Shown here: piece by piece, positions 8,403 to 16,400 of the stretch
Layout of the letters: every line of letters starts with the position of its first letter
How positions within the stretch are numbered: position 1 is the first letter of the stretch
NCBI GenBank assembly: GCA_045578445.1
Contig: JAZNKG010000007.1
Location: 9,838 to 73,837, forward strand
Reading direction: 5' to 3'
Source of the DNA: Alphaproteobacteria bacterium
GTDB taxonomy: Bacteria; Pseudomonadota; Alphaproteobacteria; RF32; CAG-239
Length of the DNA: 64,000 nt
Notes under the pieces: generated by a model
Seen by the model: the letters and a program-made list of their open reading frames with translations, nothing else
The model's database searches: none
Told to the model about the DNA's origin: nothing
Made by a program: the position numbers and the translations under genes

Positions 8403-11400
8403 TTAAAAAATTCCCCAATGATTGCAAATAACATTGGTACAAACAATGTGGCTATAAATGTTGAGAATATCATACCGCCTATCATTCCTGTACCTATTGA
8501 ATGTCTACTTGCTGCCCCTGCTCCAGTTGATATAGCCAATGGTAATACCCCAAATGTAAATGCTAATGAGGTCATAACAATTGGTCTAAAGCGTAAACGA
8601 GATGCCTCTATGGCTGCTTCAACATAACTTTTGCCTTCTTCTACTTTCATAACGGCAAATTCTACGATTAAGATAGCATTTTTTGCAGCTAAACCAATTA
8701 AAGTTACTAAACCAACTTGAAAATATAAATCGTTGTCAATTCCTCGTAACCAAACTGCACATAGTGCTCCTAAAATAGCAAATGGCACTGATAAGATAAC
8801 AACAAAAGGTAATGACCATTTTTCATATTGTGCTGATAAAATCAAGAATATCATTATAAGACCAAATATAAATGCTTGAGTTGAGGTATTGCTTGCTTTT
8901 TGTTCTTGATAAGCTGAACCTATCCACTCTAGACTATAATCTGAGCCAAGTACTTCTGAAGCTACGTTTTCCATAGCTTTAATGGCCTGCCCTGATGAAT
9001 ATCCCAAAGCAGGATTGCCCAATATTTTTGCTGCAGGAAATATATTAAAACGATTGACTAGCTCTGGTCCTACTACCCTTTTTATCTTTATTAGTGTTGA
9101 GAGAGGAACTAAATTACCATTTTTTGATTTTACATATACATAGCGTAAATCATCTGGACTTCGACGAAATTTAGCTTCTGACTGCAAAGTTACTCTAAAG
9201 TTTCTTCCCATATACGTAAAATCGTTTACATATAAACTGCCAAATGTTGATTGCATTGTTGTAAATATACTATTAATTGAAACATTTAGAGTTCTGGCTT
9301 TTTCTCTATCTAAATCTATCTGATACTGAGGTGTACTCACTGAAAATGTAGTTTTGACGTCTGACAATTCTGGACGTTTGTTAGCCTCTTCTATAAACTT
9401 TTGTGTAATATCCATCAATTGTTGTGGAGTTTTACCAGATTTATTTTGAATATATCCTTCAAAACCACCTGTTGTACTCATACCTGTTATTGGTGGCATA
9501 CTAAAAGCATAGGCTATACCTTCTTTTTGGCTCATACCGATAGCTGTAAATTGTTGTGCCAAAGCTTCTGCTGATTGGCTTTTTTTTGTACGTTCATCCC
9601 AATCTTTTAATGTTATAAAGCTAATAGCTGAATATGTATTTTGGCTAGATGATAACATATTAAAACCATTAATAGTTAGAAAATCTACAACATTAGGATT
9701 TTTACGAATTTCTTCACCAACTTTGGCTGTAAACTTTTCTGTTCTCGAAAGTGATGTCGCCTCTGGCATTGAATATGCCATTAAAAGATTTCCCATATCT
9801 TCATTTGGGACAAGACTTGTTGGTATAATCTTAAAAAGCGATAAAATTGATAGACATATCCCAATAAAGCACACTATTGCCAATTTACGATGAATTAAAA
9901 AATATTCTACTCCCCTTATATACAAATCTGTTAACTTGCTAAAGCCTTTATTAAACCAGCGAAAAATAGCTATCGGTTTATAATTTTCTTTTTTGGCTCT
10001 AATAATTAATGAGCAAAGTGATGGGGTAAGTGTTAAAGCAACAATGGCTGAAATTAATACTGATATAGCAATAGTTACGGAAAACTGTTTATACATAACA
10101 CCTGTCATTCCTCCTAAAAAAGCAATAGGTAAAAAAACAGATGATAATACAAGGGCAACGGCTACTACAGGACCAGATACTTCTTGCATTGCTTTTATTG
10201 ATGCTTCTTTGGGTGATATGTGCTCTTCTTCCATAATTCGTTCTACATTTTCTAATACAATAATAGCATCATCTACCACAATACCTATGGCTAATATTAA
10301 ACCAAATAATGTTAGTAGATTTATCGAAAATCCCAAAAGATACATTCCTGCGAATGCTCCTATAATAGAAACTGGAACTGCTAAAATTGGTATAAGAGTT
10401 GCTCGCATGCTTTGTAAAAATAAATATACTACAATTATAACAAGTATAACTGCCTCAAAAAAAGTATGTATTACTTCTTTAATTGATGCATTCACGAATA
10501 TTGTTGTATCATAAGGAATTTCATATGTTATACCCTGAGGAAAATTCTTTGATAATTCTTTCATTTTGGCTTTGATAGCATTTGCTGTTTCTATGGCATT
10601 TGCTCCTGGTTGTAAGTATATAGCAAATGCTACGGCTGGTTTTCCGTTAAAAGTTGAGGTTACACTATAATCTTGAGCTCCTAGTTCTATACGTGCTACG
10701 TCTTTTAATCGCAACATTCCTCCATCTTCGTTGCTTTTTAAGATAATATTACCGAACTCTTTTGTATCTACTAATCTGCCTTTGGTATTTACAGAATACG
10801 TATAAGCAACACCTGTATCCGTTGGTTCTTGTCCAAATTGACCTGCTGCAAATTGTGAATTTTGCTCTTGTATAGCGGATACAACATCAGAAGGTGTTAA
10901 ATCATAATCGGCTAATTTATCTGGAGATAACCATATTCTCATCGAATAATCTTGGTTAGCAAAAAGAGAGGCACTTCCTACTCCTTTTATACGACGTATT
11001 TCATCTAGGATATTTAGCGAAGCATAATTTGAAACATAAACTGTATCGTATTGGTTTGAATTTGACCACATTGTTATAACTTGTAAAATAGAATTTGACT
11101 TTTGCTCAACAGTTATACCTTGTTTTGTTACTTCTGCTGGTAATTTAGATGTTGCCATTTGTACTTTATTATTTACATCTATTGTTGCTTGGTCGGGGTC
11201 TGTTCCAATATCAAATACAACACCAATGGTTAGATATCCTGATGAAGTTGATGTTGAATACATATATATCATATTTTTAACGCCATTGATTTCTTGTTCC
11301 AATGGAGCTGCAACTGTATCAGCTAAAACTTCTGCTGTTGCACCAGGATATACTGCAGTGACTTGAATTTCTGTTGGGACTATGTTTGGGTACTGTTCAA

Positions 11401-11497
11401 TTGGCAAAACTTTGATTGACACCAGACCTGCTAATAATATAATAAGCGAAATAACTGTTGAAAATATAGGTCTTTCAATAAAAAATTTTGAAAACAT
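8378..11497 (-). CDS. acrB: RND multidrug efflux transporter, AcrB/MexB family
   Basis: 1039 aa. N-terminus MFSKFFIERPIFSTVISLIILLAGL, 12-TM/two-large-loop layout, conserved VVDDAIVVLENVER-like segment (VVDDAIIVLENVERI). Confidence 0.93.
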   Translation of the reverse strand: MFSKFFIERPIFSTVISLIILLAGLVSIKVLPIEQYPNIVPTEIQVTAVYPGATAEVLADTVAAPLEQEINGVKNMIYMYSTSTSSGYLTIGVVFDIGTDPDQATIDVNNKVQMATSKLPAEVTKQGITVEQKSNSILQVITMWSNSNQYDTVYVSNYASLNILDEIRRIKGVGSASLFANQDYSMRIWLSPDKLADYDLTPSDVVSAIQEQNSQFAAGQFGQEPTDTGVAYTYSVNTKGRLVDTKEFGNIILKSNEDGGMLRLKDVARIELGAQDYSVTSTFNGKPAVAFAIYLQPGANAIETANAIKAKMKELSKNFPQGITYEIPYDTTIFVNASIKEVIHTFFEAVILVIIVVYLFLQSMRATLIPILAVPVSIIGAFAGMYLLGFSINLLTLFGLILAIGIVVDDAIIVLENVERIMEEEHISPKEASIKAMQEVSGPVVAVALVLSSVFLPIAFLGGMTGVMYKQFSVTIAISVLISAIVALTLTPSLCSLIIRAKKENYKPIAIFRWFNKGFSKLTDLYIRGVEYFLIHRKLAIVCFIGICLSILSLFKIIPTSLVPNEDMGNLLMAYSMPEATSLSRTEKFTAKVGEEIRKNPNVVDFLTINGFNMLSSSQNTYSAISFITLKDWDERTKKSQSAEALAQQFTAIGMSQKEGIAYAFSMPPITGMSTTGGFEGYIQNKSGKTPQQLMDITQKFIEEANKRPELSDVKTTFSVSTPQYQIDLDREKARTLNVSINSIFTTMQSTFGSLYVNDFTYMGRNFRVTLQSEAKFRRSPDDLRYVYVKSKNGNLVPLSTLIKIKRVVGPELVNRFNIFPAAKILGNPALGYSSGQAIKAMENVASEVLGSDYSLEWIGSAYQEQKASNTSTQAFIFGLIMIFLILSAQYEKWSLPFVVILSVPFAILGALCAVWLRGIDNDLYFQVGLVTLIGLAAKNAILIVEFAVMKVEEGKSYVEAAIEASRLRFRPIVMTSLAFTFGVLPLAISTGAGAASRHSIGTGMIGGMIFSTFIATLFVPMLFAIIGEFFNKKGSERS

Positions 11498-11531
11498 CTA
11501 TTGATTCCTTTCAAAGTGTTAAATCTTGTAA

Positions 11532-12674
11532 TTAATGTTGTACTTTAATATAATTAGGAATTACAGACATACCTTGTCTTAACTTCATTAAATCGCTTAT
11601 AATTACATTATCTCCTGCTTTTAGTCCGCTATCTATTATCCAATCGCCATTAGGAGTATTCAATCCTGTTTTAATAAGTACCTTTTTTATTATATTATCG
11701 GTGTTTATACAATATACATATGAACCATTGACATCTTGCATTACAGCACTTTGCGGTATTACAAGAGCATCTACTCGTACTAATCCTTCTAATATTAGAC
11801 GTAAAAATTGCCCTGGGCGTATGCTATTTTGTGCGTTAGGAAATACCGCTCTTAATGTTACAGTTCCGGTTGATGTATCTATATTTGGAGTTATAAAATT
11901 AATTTTCCCATCTTCATTATACATACTACCGTCACTTAACTCTAATTTAGCATAAATATCTTTGCCACCATTGGGATTTTTTACTTTACCACTATCAACC
12001 ATATTAGTTAGTGCCATTAATTCATTTTCTGATACAGAAAATAGTACATATATTGGATTTATTTGAGTTATGGTTGTTAAAATACCAGATGAACCTGAAG
12101 TAGAAATTAAGCTTCCTTCTGATTGAGCTTCTAAACTTGTTAATCCGCTAATTGGCGCTTTTACTGTTGTATAACTTAGATTTAACTTAGCTTCATCGAC
12201 GTTTGCTTCAGACATTTGAACTGTGGCCTTGAGCGAATCGGCTTTTGCTATAGCATCATCTAGCGTTTTTTCACTTGCATATCCCTTTTTGAATAAAGTT
12301 TGTGTGCGATTTAATTGTGATTGAGCATTTTTTAATTCTGCTTGATTTTGAGCTAATTTAGCTTCTGCTTGTTTGAGGGCTATTTCATATGGTTCAGGGT
12401 CTATTTCGAAAAGAACACTACCTTCTTCTACTTCTGAACCTTCTTTATAATTGCGTTTTAATAAAATTCCCCCGACTCTAGCTCTTACCTCTGTTTCTTT
12501 ATACCCTTGAGCGCGAGCAGTAAAAGAAAAAGAGAGTGGGACATTTTGAGCTTTAATTTTTAATACATCTACCGTGGGCAAACTTGTTTGTTTTGCTGAT
12601 TGATTAGTATCATCACATCCGGTAACAAGCAATGTTAAAGTAACTAGGATTGAAAAGATCTTTTTCATATACAT
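11532..12674 (-). CDS. acrA: RND efflux periplasmic adaptor (membrane fusion protein), lipoprotein
   Basis: Lipobox LLVTGC, coiled-coil hairpin region (AEAKLAQNQAELKNAQSQL), beta-barrel/MPD segments typical of AcrA/MexA. Sits 34 nt upstream of the RND gene. Confidence 0.9.
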   Translation of the reverse strand: MYMKKIFSILVTLTLLVTGCDDTNQSAKQTSLPTVDVLKIKAQNVPLSFSFTARAQGYKETEVRARVGGILLKRNYKEGSEVEEGSVLFEIDPEPYEIALKQAEAKLAQNQAELKNAQSQLNRTQTLFKKGYASEKTLDDAIAKADSLKATVQMSEANVDEAKLNLSYTTVKAPISGLTSLEAQSEGSLISTSGSSGILTTITQINPIYVLFSVSENELMALTNMVDSGKVKNPNGGKDIYAKLELSDGSMYNEDGKINFITPNIDTSTGTVTLRAVFPNAQNSIRPGQFLRLILEGLVRVDALVIPQSAVMQDVNGSYVYCINTDNIIKKVLIKTGLNTPNGDWIIDSGLKAGDNVIISDLMKLRQGMSVIPNYIKVQH

Positions 12675-12729
12675 TGTGACCTCACTATAATTTATATATT
12701 TTACAATATATTACTATTATGTGATTTAT

Positions 12730-13383
12730 CTAGTCAATCCAAGTTGAAATATTTTTAATAATTTTTTCTACAATTTCGTCTGTATTCATATTTTGTGGAG
12801 TTTCATCTAGCAACATTTCAACGTTAAAACAAGCTTTTACTTTAGCTAAAGATATGGCTTTTAATAATCCTGCTATTGCTAGAGCATCAAATACATTTGT
12901 TGTTTTATACGTATATACTGGCTCTGGGCTTCCTTCATATTTTATATTTAGAGTATTTTTTGCATAACTCCTTTGGATATCTAAATCTAAGTACCCTAGT
13001 TCTGATATACTTTTATATATTGCTGATGGACTTTCATTTAACCACTTTAATACATATTTTATAGCGATAGTTAAAGCAACATAGGGATAATAGTTTTGAC
13101 GAGCTTTATTTAAATCTTTTACCTTAAACACAGCATTTTCTAAGTTTGTTTCGTTTTTTATTGATTCTACAAACAAGGCTAGAGATAATTTGTTTAACGA
13201 AAAATTTTCATCTTTTATGTAAATTATGATGGCTTTTTCTTCTTGATACAAAGAAATATAGTTACGAGCTAGTTCTTTATAATTTTCCCAATTATAGTTA
13301 TTTTGTGATTTTATTTCTATTATAGGATATGTTTTACCACAGAACTCATTTCCCTCATTAGCGTCTAAAACTATTTCTATCAT
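12730..13383 (-). CDS. hypothetical protein, co-directional and 51 nt downstream of giant ORF 1
   Basis: 217-aa ORF with no motif recognised and no signal peptide. No terminator hairpin on either side. Confidence 0.55.
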   Translation of the reverse strand: MIEIVLDANEGNEFCGKTYPIIEIKSQNNYNWENYKELARNYISLYQEEKAIIIYIKDENFSLNKLSLALFVESIKNETNLENAVFKVKDLNKARQNYYPYVALTIAIKYVLKWLNESPSAIYKSISELGYLDLDIQRSYAKNTLNIKYEGSPEPVYTYKTTNVFDALAIAGLLKAISLAKVKACFNVEMLLDETPQNMNTDEIVEKIIKNISTWID

Positions 13384-13434
13384 ACTTTTGCTTTCTATTT
13401 ATAAATATGTTTTTATGTGGTTTGTGAAAATATA

Positions 13435-16400
13435 TTACATATGTTTTCTGCACATTTTCAAGTACATCGCTTGTAAATTCCTACTAAGCTTATTACCTTT
13501 TCTTTCTTTGTCAATCTTTTCTTTGCGTTCTTTTTTACTTAATTTTTCTATTTCTTTTGTTTTGAAAGGATTATCTTCTGAAAACTGTAGTGCTTCATCT
13601 ATTTTTTTATTTTCTTCTTTTTGTTGAGTGATTGGTTTGGCTTGAAAAGTAATTTTTACTGTTTCTTCTTCTTTTTTACTAGTTCCAATCTTGGATACTT
13701 TTTTCTTTATTTGATTTATAGCTAGCTTAGCTAAAAACTTCTTATCTTTTAATATTCCACTTAAAACATTATCAGATATTGTGTGGTCAAGCATACCAGA
13801 ATTAGCTATTGATGATATTATTTGAACAAAATCATTTGCTGTTAAGCTTTTACTTTCTTTTATGACCTTACCATTGCTATCTTTTTCTTCTTTTTGATAT
13901 TCGCAAATATCAGCTAATGCAATACATCCTCTTTGAATGTCTGAAATATAAGAGGCATCTTTGCCTTGCTTTTCAAGTTTTTCAACCTCTCTAAACATTA
14001 CATCATTAATCTTTTCTCCGTTTATAACAGATTTTATAACTTCAGCATAGAAATGTGCTGATGATAATTTATCTTCTTCGCTAGGTGCTTTTCTTAAAGC
14101 TCCAGTATCAAAAATATTAACGTCTACGCTTGTTATTTTACCGTTTTCATCACGATTAACATTGAAATTTTGTTGTCCTGCATGTCTATCAATATCCCAA
14201 GCTCGACCGCTCAATAAAATTCCTAACTCTGTGGTCAAATATCCTATGGCTAATATTTTTTTCTCTTCTGGGGTACAATCTATTTTAGCTAAAGACTTAC
14301 CGTCTCCAAATTCCATTTCTTTATATCCTGAACCTGTTTCTTTATTATAATTCCAGTCTTTCCATGGACATAGACTAAGATTAAACTTAACACCATCAAC
14401 TTCTAGTTTATCTACCATATTGTAATTTTTATATGCTTCTACATATTGAGCATAGCCCATTGCAATATCAATTTCTGTCTTTGCGCTTTCTTCTGCTCTA
14501 GCTACAATTGTCTTTAAAACAGAGTATTTGTTATCTTTTTTAGATAATTCTTCTATGGTTCTGCCTATTTTTTTAAATTCATTATATGCATCTTTGGCGG
14601 CATTTTGACGCATCATTTGTAATACACTTTTTTGACCTTCTTGGTCCTCTACCTCAACTGATATATAAAATGAACCAGCACCAAGAACTTTGCCAACTCT
14701 TTTTATTGATTTTAACTTTTCTTCTGGAAGATTTTCTTTTAATTCTTCATATATCTCCCATCTATTCAATGTTGTAGCTCTATCTTTTAATACAGATAAA
14801 GGTTTTCTGATATCGTCTGGTAAATTAGGTATATTTGACAATGCTTGTCCGAACTTTACCCAAGCTGGACCATTGTTTGAGCAAAACTTTGCTAAAGCTT
14901 CACCGATTGACATATTTACACTTTGACCGTCTTCAGTTGGCTTTTTGGCTGCTAACATTGCGCCTAACATAAATCTTGCTTGATCTTTACGGTAATAGCC
15001 TGCTCCTAGTCCTCTTGCATATAAGCTACATAATATATTATTGGCATCTTGGTAATAGGGATCATCTTTTTCCATAAATTTATCTAGCACAACTTCAACT
15101 GCTTTATTAACATTATTTTTAGAGTAGTTGCCAAGTAATCTCTGCATTACAACAGCACCTTCCTCTATGCTCTTTCCCCTAAATTCGCTATGAAATATTT
15201 TTAAATCTTCATTTCTTATTTCATCTAAGCCTTTCTTTAAGTCATCTTTTTCTTCTTGTGTCATTGGTACAGGGGCTTCGCCACTTTGATGAGACATTAT
15301 CAGCGGATAAATATCGCATAGATTTGTGTGTAAATTTTTTTTGAAGTTATCAATACTTTCTTGGGTGCAAGGTTCTGTTAAAAAATTTATAACATCTAAA
15401 TTACTATTTGGACATACTGTTAAAAACTCATTTAGTGAACTTATCACTCTTGCAGAAGCTTCATTTTTGAACCCTAAATCATTATCATCTTCTTGGTGTT
15501 TAAGTGATATTGCAAATTTTTCAGATAAATCTTGTTGAGCTTCAATTTTGTTTGCAACTAATGCAAACAATTCGTTCTTTACAGTATCGCTCATAGTTTG
15601 ATTTGTAAAATTCATAAATGATATAATATTGTTATGGTATGATACTATATCTTCGTTGGTTACAGATGTACCATCGCTCTTTGTATTACCTAAAATAGGT
15701 TCTTTTCCGATACGGCTTGTATATATATTTGCATATTCCTCTTCAAAAAATTCACGTATTGGACGATAATCAACTGAATTTACAATATCAACTTTATCTG
15801 TAATTTTCACTCCTAAAAACTTATCATATTGTTTATATGGTATTTTTTTATCTTGAAGCATCATTATTGCTGCATTTTCTTTTTCTTCTTCTGGCAATTT
15901 TAAATATGATTGTTTCAATTGCTCTAAAAACTCAAATTTTATTTCGCTTTCTGAATCAAATAACGATTTATGAGACATTAAATCATATATTTCTTTTTGT
16001 TCATAAATACTTAAATCTTTAAAACCATGATTTAATATGTAATTTGAAATATAATTACAAAATTCCTTAGATGATGTTTTCACATATGTAATTTTAGGGT
16101 AAGACTCTAATAATTTTTTAATATCTACAGGTGGATTTTCTGGATTATTTAAGTATCGTAAAACTTCATATTCTGCAAATATATATTGTTCCATTCCTAA
16201 TAAAACCTTAGGAAGACCATTATAATCTCCATTACGATAATTTTTATCATTAATTGTTTCTTGAAGATTTGCATATAATTGTTCTGGATTTTTATCAGTT
16301 TCTTTTAATCCTAATTTAGCTCTACAGGTTTCATAATAAGGTATTTTTTTATTTACATAAATTGTTGCGGCATGAAAGTTATCCTTACTTCCTATTATAC

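Noticed and set aside
8418-10514. Plus-strand ORFs inside the RND gene (8418-8627, 9993-10514).
   Set aside because: They are antisense to a full-length, motif-rich AcrB-family gene, with low-complexity Ile/Asn/Thr-rich translations typical of shadow ORFs.
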